Shown: in pieces, positions 23,558 to 35,361 of the stretch
Position numbering within the stretch: the stretch's first letter is position 1
Layout of the letters: every line of letters begins with the position of its first letter
Source: Gracilinanus agilis
Taxonomy: Eukaryota
DNA: 64,000 nt
Direction: 5' to 3'
NCBI RefSeq assembly: GCF_016433145.1
Contig: NC_058132.1
Span: 88,677,392 to 88,741,391 of the forward strand
Program-made: the position numbers and the translations under genes
The notes under the pieces: model-generated
Database searches by the model: none
What the model was told of the DNA's origin: nothing
Seen by the model: only the letters and a program-made list of their open reading frames with translations

Positions 23558-24502
23558 ATGTCTGCTCAACCTGGCTTCAATATTAGTTCCTCCATGTTCC
23601 TCCTCACAGGCTTCCCTGGCCTGGAACATTTGTATATGTGGATTGCTATTCCCTTCTCCTCCATTTATGCCATGGTTCTCCTTGGGAATTGCATGATTCT
23701 CCATGTGATCCGGACTGAACAGAGTCTGCATGAGCCCATGTTCTACTTCCTAGCTATGCTGGCCCTCACCGACTTATGCATGGGGATTTCCACTGTGCAC
23801 ACAGTCCTGGGGATCCTGTGGGGGTTCAGTGACAAGATCAGTTTGGATGCCTGTATTGGCCAGTCTTTCTTCATTCATGGTCTTTCCTTTATGGAATCTT
23901 CTGTCCTACTCACCATGTCCTTCGATCGTTACATTGCAATCTGCAACCCACTACGCTACTCCTCTATCCTGACTGATGCCAGGATAATCAAGATTGGGAT
24001 AGCCATTATAATTAGGAGCTTCTTATTTATCACTCCTGTTATCATCCGCCTAAAAATTTTCAATTACTGCCGGCCCCATGTTCTCTCTCATTCCTTCTGT
24101 CTCCATCAGGATCTCCTCAGGCTGACCTGCTCTGACATTCGCTTTAACAGCTTCTATGCATTGGGGCTAGTCATTTGTACATTAATGTTAGACTCTGTCC
24201 TCATCCTCATCTCCTATGTTCTAATCCTGAAATCTGTCTTAGCAATTGCATCTCGGGGTGAAAGACTCAAATCTTTTCAGACTTGTATCTCTCATATCTG
24301 TGCTGTCCTTGTCTTTTATATTCCCATCATCAGTCTAACTATGGTACACCGTTTTGGCAAGCACCTCTCCCCTATAGTGCATGTCCTTATGGGCAATATT
24401 TATATTCTTTTTCCACCCTTGATGAACCCAATTATCTACAGCGTCAAGACCCAACAGATCCGAAGCAGGATACAGAGACTCTTCCCAAGACAAAGGAACT
24501 GA
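23558..24502 (+). CDS. OR51V1: Class I olfactory receptor OR51V1-like, paralog A, 314 aa, intact
   Basis: PFSSIYAMVLLGNCM, LHEPMFYFL, SFDRYIAICNPLRY, HSFCLHQDLLRL, FQTCISHICAVLVFYIPIISLTMVHRFGKHLSP, GNIYILFPPLMNPIIYSVKTQQI. These diagnostic stretches are nearly identical to human OR51V1. Confidence 0.96.
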   Translation: MSAQPGFNISSSMFLLTGFPGLEHLYMWIAIPFSSIYAMVLLGNCMILHVIRTEQSLHEPMFYFLAMLALTDLCMGISTVHTVLGILWGFSDKISLDACIGQSFFIHGLSFMESSVLLTMSFDRYIAICNPLRYSSILTDARIIKIGIAIIIRSFLFITPVIIRLKIFNYCRPHVLSHSFCLHQDLLRLTCSDIRFNSFYALGLVICTLMLDSVLILISYVLILKSVLAIASRGERLKSFQTCISHICAVLVFYIPIISLTMVHRFGKHLSPIVHVLMGNIYILFPPLMNPIIYSVKTQQIRSRIQRLFPRQRN

Positions 24503-26599
24503 GTCCCTGCAGTGCTTTGTGAAGATAAAATTTAAAATATATATTATTATTTTCAATTTTCTAGATTTTGGGGGTAGTAATTATAGTAGGAAAGATATTG
24601 TCCTGAACATTTAGCTCTTCCTTTGTCTATGGAACAAATAAATTACTTAACGGACGTAAGGAATGTGCTTCAACAGGATCATCAAATTAGCAAGTCTCCC
24701 ATAAAAGAGTGAATACTAAAACATACAAGACCTCTGAGATAATCTTCTGAGGGAAATATGTCATTGTAGAATCAGTGGATGTTCAGGTCACTTAGATGGA
24801 GTGACCACAAGCATGAATGTCTGTCAGAATATTTTAAATATGTTCTGACTCTAGCTTTCAGCATTTTGGATGACTGCAAAATGATCCTCATGGAGGACCT
24901 TTAAACTACTTGACATAGCCCAAGGCATAATAGCATATACTCAATAAATATATATTCAATTGAACCCGAAAATATACATTTTTGAAATGGTTATTCCAAA
25001 ATGAAAACCAAAAAAAAAAATTAAACCATCTATACTTCATTTACTAGTTTTGTCAGGCTTCATTTTTTTCCCAAGTGTGTTGTCATCATCAGCCATAAGG
25101 AAAATGTCAAACACTGAGAGCAAGAATATCCCCATCATCATCTTTGCAGAGTTTGTAACCCTTTAGAGCTCAAAAAAGTTACATGGCACATATCTCTGTC
25201 TCTATGTCTATGGTCTCCTCCAGATAGTGTAAGGGAATTCCATGGGTGAAAGCTACTGTACATAAGGAAATCCTGATTTATCATTTTACAGAGAATAAAG
25301 CAATGGGCTTTTTCGATAAAAAAATGGATATACAGTCTGCCCTTGCTTAACTGCTCTTATTGGCAGGGTTTTCTCCCTCTCCTCAGGGAAAGGTATGTAT
25401 AGAAAGGAATAGTGTGAACTTCTCTTTGCTCTTATATCAAGGCACATCACTATGTCCTTTCAAAGTCTGGCACATTATTAGCTCTGTATTTGTACCTTCC
25501 AAATTTAACTCCTCATTCTGTTCTTCTTCTGTAAGATAGGGTAACATTCACATGTATCCATTCAAATTTCCTAATGCATTACTTAGTAGAAAGTTCTTAT
25601 GATATTGAGCATTTATAATTTTTATCTGTTGTAGAGATTTTAATCTTGGCAAGGACTATATCCATTCCTTCTCTTTCTCTTATGTCTCCCAATGAAGACA
25701 ATTTTTTTTCTCTCTAAGAAAAATACCTGTGAAAATACAGCACCTCTTTTATGGTATGTTCCTTGAAAGTGATTCCACAAATGTGTGTGTGTATATATAT
25801 ATGATTTTGGAAAATGTTAATAATGTAAGGAGAAACTAGTACTTAGGCAGATGTAAATGCCAAGAATGCATCTATAGTGACAAGCATGAAAGAATACATT
25901 TTTCAAAACAAATGGGAGGATTTTCATTGCTCAACTATACACATTTTTAACAAGAGTTTTATTTTCTCTTATTGTCAATGGCATGACAAGAGGGAGAGAA
26001 ATAGAAAATATAAATGTTAAATAGCTGACAAAAAGTGAACAGAATATGACTGAAAGGAAAGAATGGAGATAAAAAATGTGGCAGAGAGAAAATAAGATGT
26101 TATAAGAAGATTCAAAAGCAAATGGAGGAAAAGTAGGAGTTCTCAGGAGATTAATGTGCAATTGATGGATAATATGAAGTAAACCAAGATCAAGAACTTA
26201 TTGAATGTGATCTTAGCTTCAGGTAGTTGCATAACTATAAAAGGTATTAATCAGAGCAGCCAAGATCTCAAAGTAAGGAATGTTAAAAGATCACCCAAAC
26301 ACATCCAAACAATGACAAAAAAAATTCTATTGAAAATTGAAAATGGTTAAATTGATTGAAATACTACACAAAGTGCTAATTAATATACCTAAGATATTTA
26401 TGATACCTGAAGAACTTTAGACTCCTAAATTAGTTAGGATACTTATGGTATGGAAGACATTTAAGAATTTTAATACTAATACAGTGAACAAGGACATACA
26501 GAGACAGAAACAATAGAGTAGGATGAATATAATGTGATGATATCCAACAAAAAATGAAAAATGAAATCAAAGATTAGAAAAAAGGAAACACAAGGCAAA

Positions 26600-27022
26600 A
26601 AGTAAAGGAAAGAAAATTGGGAGTAAACTATCTCATATGAAGAGGTCAATAAGAATCAATACATTGGAGGGGAAAATAGATGGATAATTCTTGTACTTTA
26701 TACTCAAAGGTATTTTCACGAAGCAGAAATAACATCCACATGCAGTTAGCTATTGAGGTCCTTTTAATCCTAAATAGAAGTAAGAAGGGGAAAGAATAGG
26801 AAAAGAGGAAATTGGATAAAAGGGAAAAGGGATTGGGGAGATGGTAGTTAGAAGCAAAAATATTTGTGAACAATGAAAGACTGTGAGAACAGAAAGTGAA
26901 AGATAAACAAGGGGTAAATAACATTAAGGGAAACACAGAGTTAGTAATCATAAGTGAATGTGAATGAGATGAACTCACGGGTAAAAAGATATAGGATATC
27001 AGGGTGGATTAAAAGCCAGAAT
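26600..27022 (+). mobile_element. Old L1 inter-ORF region and start of ORF2 endonuclease (shared with copy 2, about 42350-42750)
   Basis: gtaatcataagtgaatgtgaatgagatgaactc..ggattaaaagccagaat|cacacagtgtgctgtct resembles NVNGMNSP..WIKSQNPTICCLQE. Confidence 0.7.
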
Positions 27023-29156
27023 GATATAGTCAATCTTGCTGGATAGTTGATTCCTGGTTGTAGACCCAGTTCTCTTGCTTTCCATAATATTGTGTTCCAT
27101 GCCTTCCAGTCCTTCAATGTAGATGCAGCCAGATCCTGTGTTATCCTAACTGTGGTTCCCTGATATCTGTTCTTTTTAGCAGCTTGTAATATTCCTTGGT
27201 CTGGTAGTTTTTTTTTTTAAATTTGGCTATAATATTCCTGGAAGTTGTCAATTGTGGATTAAATGTAGGAGGTGATCTGTGGATCCTAGCGATTTCCACT
27301 TTTCCCTCTTGTTCAAGAATTTCTGGGCAATTTTCTCTGATAATTTCTTGTAAAATGCTATCTAACCTTTTTCTTTTATCATGATGTTCTGGTAAACCAA
27401 TAATCCTTAAGTTGTCTTTTCTAGCCCTGTTCTCCAGATCTTTGGTTGAATCAATGAGGTGTTTCATATACTCCTCAAATTTTTAATTTTTAAAATGTTA
27501 TTTAATATATTCTTGCTGCCTTGTGAAGTCATTTGCTTCTAGTTGTTGAGTTCTGTTTTTTAAAGACTGAATTTCATCCCTGGCTTTTTGGTCATCCTCT
27601 TTCTGGTCTGATTTTCTTTGTAGATCATCTTTTGCCTTCTTTGCTTCATTTTCAAGCTGGCCAATTCTGGCTTTTAAGGCTTTATTTTCTTGTTTTAGTT
27701 CATGTATTTCCTTTTTCAAATTGTCTTCAGCCTCTCTTGATTGCTTTTTTGAGTTCCTGAAGTTGTTGAGTTAATTGAGTTTTAAATTCTTGAGTTAATT
27801 TAATTTTGAGATCTTCCAAAGCCTGTGTCCAGTGCTCTGGAACTACTTCCTCTTTTTCTATTTCTGTTTCACTTGCTCTCTTTTCACTTCCTTGAAAGAA
27901 GCTGTCAATTGTCATTTCTTTTCTCTTTTACTGTTGCTTACTCATGTTTTTTTCCCTTCCTTGTTCTGCTAGTTTGAGCAAATGTATTTAATTATCTTTG
28001 ATGAAAGATCCAGCTGGTAATGGAGGTTTGTAGTTACTTTCTCTGTCCTCTGAAGATTTCTTGTCTGTTCAGTTGTTGGGATTAATCCTCTATTTATTGG
28101 ATTAATCTTACTCCCTTATCTGTCCTGAGGCTAAAACCTTGAGGGGAGGGAAAAACAAACAGGAAAAAGAAAAAAAAAACAAATGAATAGGCATTTTTCA
28201 GATAAAGAAATAAAAAGTATCAATAAGCATATGAGTAAGTGTTCTAAATCTCTAATAATCAAAGAAATGCAAATGAAAACAACTCTGAGGTATCACCTCA
28301 CACCTAGCAGATTGGTTAAAATGATAGCAGGGGAGAGTAATGAATGTTGGAGGGGATGTGGCAAAATTGGGACATTAATGCACTGCTGGTGGAGTTGTGA
28401 ACTGATCCAACCATTCTGGATGGCAATTTGGAACTATGCCAAAAGAGCTATAAAAGAATGCCTGCCCTTTGATCCAGCCATACCATTGCTGGAATTGTAC
28501 CTCAAAGAGATCATAGATTAAACAGACATGCACAAAAATATTTATAACTGAGCTCTTTGTAGTGGCAAAAAACTGGAAAGCGAGGGTATGCCCTTCGATT
28601 GGGGAATGGCTGAACAAACTGTGGTATATGCTGGTGATGGAATACTATTATGCTGAAAGGAATAATAAACTGGAGGAATTCCATGTGAACTGACCTCCAG
28701 GAATTGATGCAGAGTACAAGGAGTAGAGCAAGGAGAACATTGTACACAGAGACTGATACACTGTGGTAAAATTTTATGTAATGGATGTCTGTACTAGCAG
28801 CAATGCAATGATCCAAGACAATTCTGAGGGATTTATGGAAAAGAACACTACCCACATTCAGAGGAAGAACTACAGGAGAGGAAACACAAAAGAAAAACAA
28901 CTGCTTGAACACTTGGGTTGATGAGAACATGATTGGGGATGTAGACCCGAAAAGACCACACCAATGTAACTATCGGTAATATGTAAATAAGTCTTGACTG
29001 ACCACGCATGTTAAAACCAGTGATAATGTGAGTTAGCTATGGTGGGGAGGTGGTGGAGGGAGTGAAGGGGGTGAAGGGTAAAGTAAAAATATGAATTATG
29101 TAACCATGGAAAATTTTTCTAAAAACAAAAAAATTATAAAATTGTTATAAAAAAAA
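27023..29156. mobile_element. 5'-inverted LINE-1 insertion, copy-1 specific (antisense ORF1/5'UTR 27023 to about 28180; sense ORF2 C-terminus, 3'UTR and A-tail about 28181-29156)
   Basis: 13-bp TSD taaaagccagaat (27010-22 / 29157-69) at a TT/AAAA site, empty in copy 2 (about 42708-42720). Minus strand YQGTTVRITQDLAASTLKDWKAW; plus strand MNRHFS..TTLRYHLTP..CWRGCGKIGTLMHCWW. Confidence 0.93.
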
Positions 29157-29204
29157 TAAAAGCCAGAATCACACAGTGTGCTGTCTAGAGAAGTATAACA
29201 AACA

Positions 29205-29395
29205 AAAACCCTTACCTTGCATCTAAGAATCAATAGTGTATATTGGTTCCAAGGCAGAAGAGAGGCAAGGACAATGCAATGGGTGTGTTTAAGTGACTTG
29301 CTCAGGGTCACACAGCTAGCAAGTGTCTGAGGCCAGAATTGAATCTAGGACCTCATACTTCTAGATCTAACTTTCAATTGACTGAGCCACTACCC
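29205..29395 (-). mobile_element. Older SINE1_Mdo shared by both copies
   Basis: aaacccttaccttgcatct..aatcaatagtgtatattggttccaaggcagaagag; orthologous copy at 42762-42951. Confidence 0.85.
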
Positions 29396-30374
29396 ACAAA
29401 AGTAATGATAATAGTAATAAAAAATGAATATTTAAACAGAGAGATACACACAGAATAAAGGTGGAGGTGTGGAACTGAATTTATTATGCTACAACCAAAG
29501 TTTAAAAAAAGCAGAGGTAGAATGTAATGGAATACTATTGCACAATAAGAAATAACAAATAATATGATCATCAAAAAACAAACAAAAACCTAGAAAGACA
29601 TACCTGAAGCAATGAAAAATGAATTGAGCAGAACCAAAGCTTTGTACATAGTAACAGCAAACTAAATATGGTGATCAATTATGAATGAAAACTATTATCA
29701 GCAATGCCAGGATGCAGATCAACTCCAAAGGACTGCTGAAGAAGGAGCTGAATGTAGACTGAAGCATGCTGTCCTTCATGTAATTTCCTCTATGTATTTT
29801 TCTCTAGTGTAAGCAATAGGTGTATTTTTTCACAGCATGAGGAACATAGAAATGTGTATCATAAAATAACATATATACAGACATAATCTAGAATATAAAA
29901 ATAAAATAGACAAAATTTTTAAAAAGGAATTAGCCACATGCCTCTCCTGGACTGTTACATATTATTTTGGAAATAAAATTTCATAATCATATAACCTCAA
30001 TTAATAAAGAGGATTCAGAGTTTATTTCACTTTAATGTGCACTCTACTCTGGTCAGCCATTTAACCTTTTTTTTTTAGATCTAATTGTGAACAATTTTTT
30101 CCTCATATTGAAGGAAAAGTATATTTCCCTATAACTTTACATTTCTCCTACTAGCTTCTATGATCATGTAGAAGAAATATTATTTTTCTATTAAAGGTGA
30201 GATTTTCCTCTATCTAAAGATCAATTGGAAAATATACCTAATTTCCCTGCTTAATGATCATGTAGCCTGGTTTCTAGTCCCTTCCTGGGCACTTACACCA
30301 ATGTCAATAATAAAATTGTTAAAGGGACCTAGGAGGATCTTACCAATATAGGTAACCCCTTCATTAGTATAGAT

Positions 30375-30556
30375 CAGTAATTCCCAAAGTGGGCACCACT
30401 GCCCCCTGGTGGGTGCTGCAGCAATCCAGGAGAGCAGTGATGTGCACAGGTGCATTTATCTTTACTAATGACTGCTATTAAAATTAAAAGAAAATTCCAG
30501 GGGAGCTAAGTAATATTTTTTTTCTGGAAATGGGGCAGTAGGCCAAAAAAGTTTTG
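30375..30556. mobile_element. hAT/Charlie-type MITE, copy-1 specific
   Basis: Starts CAGTAATTCCCAAAG. 8-bp TSD GTATAGAT (30367-74 / 30557-64). Single GTATATAT empty site at 43961-68 in copy 2. Right TIR is shortened. Confidence 0.85.
30399..30412 (-). promoter_or_regulatory. CTCF core motif inside the MITE
   Basis: Minus strand reads CCACCAGGGGGCAG, matching the canonical CTCF core. Binding not shown. Confidence 0.55.
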
Positions 30557-32719
30557 GTATAGATCAAAGGAACTGGATGGGATAAATTAGTCTACACCTT
30601 AATTGTACAAATGATAACCTTCACAGTTAGGAAGGAAAGTGACTTGATTGAAAACACATGAGTGGTAAGCTGCATAATCAAATTTCAAATCTATGTCTTT
30701 TGACTCCAAACCTAAACTATCTGCTATATCATGCTGAGGAATTTGTTATGGGAAAATCTAATTATTTATCGTATGGTTTGAATGTAGCTTTGTGTAGCTA
30801 GATATTGCTTAATCTAGGATTTGTGTAAGGGAGCCAGAGAATGCTATTGGAACTCCTCTCCTCCCCATATCTTGTTTTAGTTCCTTATTGGAAGCTTGTG
30901 TTTAAGGCTTAGCCCAAGTTTTATGAAATATTTAGATTTACCTGGAATTATAAATATCAAGAAACCTACAAGCTCTTTTTGGGAAACTCTAGGTAGTCCA
31001 CATTGCTTCTTGATCTTCTACCCTTGTTTGAATTCTATATAATATAAAATTCACAAAGGCTTAGGTAGAACCCAATTATGCATATATTCTGTCTCTTTTC
31101 TTTGATGTACAGTTTAATAAAATTCATTCTAAAATCCTTTTGGAGTTTTTGTTTTATTCTTAAACATTACTGGGAATTTTCTTCCAAAATTCTTTAAAAT
31201 ATTTCACTTTCCCCCCCCCCCCCATATGGGACATCTTTGATTTTTAGTTATGTTAGTAGTTTATACCTGTGGGGTGCTGAGTTTTTTGTAGACACTTTTC
31301 TGAGTATAGCTGAACCTACATCAATTCCAGGATATGTTTAAGATAGTTTACCATAGTCCTAGGTACACCCTTAGTGATCACAACCTTTTAAAAAACAATA
31401 TTTTTCTAATATTCTTGAGGTATATATGGTGAAAAGCCACATTAGGTCTCTGTGTCTCCTGTCTTTCTCTGTCATTCTCTTTTTCTGTCTTTGTCTCTGC
31501 CTGTCTCTTTGTGTCTCTTCCTTCTTTTTGGGTTTGTCTCTTTCATAATGAATCAATAAATTTTATTTTAAATATTATACAAAAGAAGGGAAGGGAAGTT
31601 GGAGTAGTTGTGCTGTCATGAGGAGGAGAAGTATTTCAGGAGAGGAAAAGGGAATATTTAGGTTCAAGTAGAAAGAAAATGAGGAATTAGGATACAGATG
31701 CCCATGGATTCAGAGAATCAGATGAAAGAGGGGCAGATATAAAAAGATTTTTTCTAAATAAACTGAGCAGTCCAAATTAGAACATGATGCCTTTGGAAAG
31801 AGTGGATTGCCCTTTAGCTACGTAATCATTGAATAAGCATTTATTGCAGAAAGTTCTTCAAAAAATTAAAAAAAAAAGCTACTTCACTTCTGTTGAGTAT
31901 GGTTTAGAGTAGATTCTCTGGTATGACCTATAAGAGATTATGACCTGTGAATAACAGTAATATAATAGGATGATAAAATGTGAATTACTTATCTATTCTC
32001 AGCAGAACAATGATCCAAGACAATTTCAAGTATTCATGATGAAAAATAGTATCCAACTCCAAAGAAGAACTTATGCAGTCTGAATTTGAAGGAGTCTGAA
32101 TTCAGATAAAAGCAAATTATTTTTCACTTTTATTTATGGATTTTTTTGATTTTATATATGTCTTCTACAAAATTATTAATATGGGAATCTATTTTCCATG
32201 ATACCACAAGAATAATCTTAATGAAATTGCTTTCCCATTTCATGGAGGATGGAAGGAATGGAGGGAGAGAATATAGATCTCAAATCTTTATAAAATGAAT
32301 ATTAAAAATTATTTTAAAATGTACTGGGAGTAAATATCATTGAAAAAAAGAGATGACCTTTGAATTTCCATTCAAGTGAGATTCCATGATACCAAATACC
32401 CTGAATATCTTCCATTTCCACTAATGAAAGCCTGATGCTATTTTCTTTGTTACCACCTTCTCTGAATTCATCTGACTTTTTCCATTCATACATTTCATGA
32501 TATTATTTACTCCTCAAATGTTAAATTAGTGGTAACATGCTAAGGTCATCTCATACTATCCGTTATATGCCCTTGTGTTATTATTTTTTGGTCCTTTGAA
32601 ATTATGAACCTTGAGATTTAGAGGAAACAGTTTGAAAGATACAGCCTTAATTTGAGAATAATTCTCTCAGAAATATGAATTTTGGGAGCATTGAGGAGTG
32701 GAGTTTTTTAGAGCTTTTC

Positions 32720-33990
32720 AATGTCTAGAAATAGAACTAATTAAAAACTCCAAATTAAACACCAAATTAGAAATCATGAAAATCAAAGGAGAAATTAATA
32801 AAATTGAAAGTAAGAAAATTATTGCACTAATAAGACAAGAAGTTGGTTTTATGAAAAAATAAATAAAATAGATAAACAATTGATCAATTTGATAAAAAAT
32901 CAAGGCAGACAAAAATGAAATTATCAACCTAAAAATGAAAAGGACAAAATTCCAAACAATGAAGAGAAAATTAAAAGTTATTAGGATTATTTTGCCCTAT
33001 TATATATCAACAAATCTGATAATCTAAGTGAAATAGATTAATATTTAAACAACTCTAAATTGCCAAGATTATTGGAAGAAAAATCTGAGTATTTAAACTA
33101 TCCCATCTTGAAAAAAAATTTGAACAAGCCATCAATCAACTTCCTATAGAAAAGCTCATAGAAAAGACAAATTCATAAGTGAATTCTACCAAACATTTAA
33201 AAAATAATGAATTCCAACACTCCATGAACTATTCAGAAAAAGAGCTAAGGGAGATGCTCTACCATATTCCTTTTATTACAGATATGGTGATGATACCTAA
33301 ACCAGGAAGACCAAAAACAGAAAGAAAATTATAGACATATCCCTAAAGAATAGTGATATAAAAATTTTAAACACACTACTTACAAGCATCTCATAGCAAA
33401 GTATGAAAAAGGTCATACACTATGATCAGGTAGGTTTTATACCAGGAATACAGAGATGGTTTAATATTAGGAAAACCATCAGCATCAATTTTTGAGAGAG
33501 CAAAGAACTGGAAATTGAAGGGATGTTCCTTCTTTGGGGAATAGCTGAACAAATAACAGTATATGCATATAATGGAATACCATTGTGCCATAAGAAATGG
33601 CAGTCAAGATGATCATAAGAAAACCTAGAAAGAGTTATTTGAAGTAATATAAAGTGAACAAAAAACAAGGAGAATGTTCTAAGCAGTAATAACAATAATG
33701 CAAATCAACAATGAACTACAACTGTAGGGGACAATTAAAGAAACAAGTATCCTACTTCCCAAGGTGATGGACTCAGGGTAAAGAATGAGAAACACATATT
33801 TAGACATAACCTATGTGTGCATTAGTTTTTCTTCGCTAAGCTTTGTTATTAAAAAGGATTCTTTCTTTTTTTTAAATTTCAAAGGGGAAAGAATTTGAAT
33901 GGGAGCTGAGAGATAATATTTTTTTTAAAAATATATATAAAAAGTGTAATCAAAGCATTTAAAAGAAAATGCATAAAACAATGGCAACTA
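32720..33990 (+). mobile_element. Old L1 ORF2 fragments and 3' end (shared with about 46120-47350)
   Basis: aaattagaaatcatgaaaatcaaaggagaaattaataaaattg..gaattctaccaaacatttaa..acctaaaccaggaaga..aatggaataccattgtgccataagaaatg. Confidence 0.8.
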
Positions 33991-34133
33991 TGAAAGTAAC
34001 TGGTTTAACTTACTATATGTATTTAAAAACTAAGTTTATAGAATAGTGCTAAAAGGTGTCTTCATTTCCCAACTGGCTGCATTCAATTTGTTCTTCCTTG
34101 ATTTCTTTACCATTTGTCTATCAGGAACCCTCC

Positions 34134-34273
34134 NNNNNNNNNNNNNNNNNNNNNNNNNNNNNNNNNNNNNNNNNNNNNNNNNNNNNNNNNNNNNNNNNNN
34201 NNNNNNNNNNNNNNNNNNNNNNNNNNNNNNNNNNNNNNNNNNNNNNNNNNNNNNNNNNNNNNNNNNNNNNNNN
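34134..34273. other. Assembly gap (140 N)
   Basis: N run. Confidence 0.98.
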
Positions 34274-34521
34274 TGAAGCAGGGACTTTTTTTCTTTTTTG
34301 TTTTTTCATCCCTACTTCCTTGCACAATAGATGCTTAATAAATGCTTATCAGCAATTAATTTCACAGTTTCATATGCAGCTTATCCTACTTATATTTGAA
34401 TGAGAATTTTCTATTTTAAGCAATTAAGTACAGTATAAAATATATTTTTTTAAATTACACATATGGAATCACTCTTTTAAAATCCTAACAAGGGCAATGG
34501 AAATAACAATCCCTGCTTTTC

Positions 34522-35361
34522 TTTTCTTTTTCTTTTGTATTTTCTTTTATATATATTTATATATATATGTAATTTTTAATTTTGAATAGTTTCCCATAGT
34601 TACATGTTTCATGCTCTTTTCCTATCCCCCAAACCTCCCACTCCATAGCCGACGCACAGTTCCACTGGTTTTTACATGTATCATTGATTCCATATTATTA
34701 ATAGTTGGACTAGAGTTATTGTGTTAGTAGAATTTTTTTTTTATTTTTAGAATGATTTTCCATGGTTATTCGATTCATGTTTTTACTTTCCCCTTTCACC
34801 CCCTCAATCTCCCCCCTCCCATAGCCCATTTGCATTGCCACTGCTTTTAACATGTGTCATCAATCAAGACTTATTTACATATTATTGATAGTTGCATTGG
34901 TGTGGTCCTTTCTGGTATACATCCCCAATCATGTCTGCATCAACCCAAATTTCAAGCAGTTGTTTTTCTTCTGTGTTTCTTCTCCTGGAGTTCTTCCCCT
35001 GAATGTGGGTAGCTTTTTTTTATCATAAGTCCCTCAGAATTGTCCTGGGTCATTGCATTGCTGCTAGTACAGAAGTCCATTACATTCGATTTTACCACAG
35101 TGTATCAGTCTCTGTGTACAATGTACTTCTGGCTCTGCTCCTTTCACTCTGCATCAATTCCTGGAAGTCTTTCCAGTTCACAAGGAATTCCTCCAGTTTA
35201 TTATTCCTCTGAGCACAGTAGTATTCCATCACCAACATATGCCACAATTTGTTCAGCCATTCCCCAATTGAAGGGCATACCCTCATTTTCCAGTTCTTTT
35301 GCCCCCACAAAGAGTGTGGCTATAAATATTTTTGTACAAGTCTGTTTATCTATGATCTCTG
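34522..35361 (-). mobile_element. Two tandem antisense L1 3' ends, copy-1 specific, no TSD
   Basis: T-rich tail at 34517, a second poly-T near 34733, L1 3'UTR, and antisense CPSIGEWLNKLWHMLVMEYYCAQ. Confidence 0.85.
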
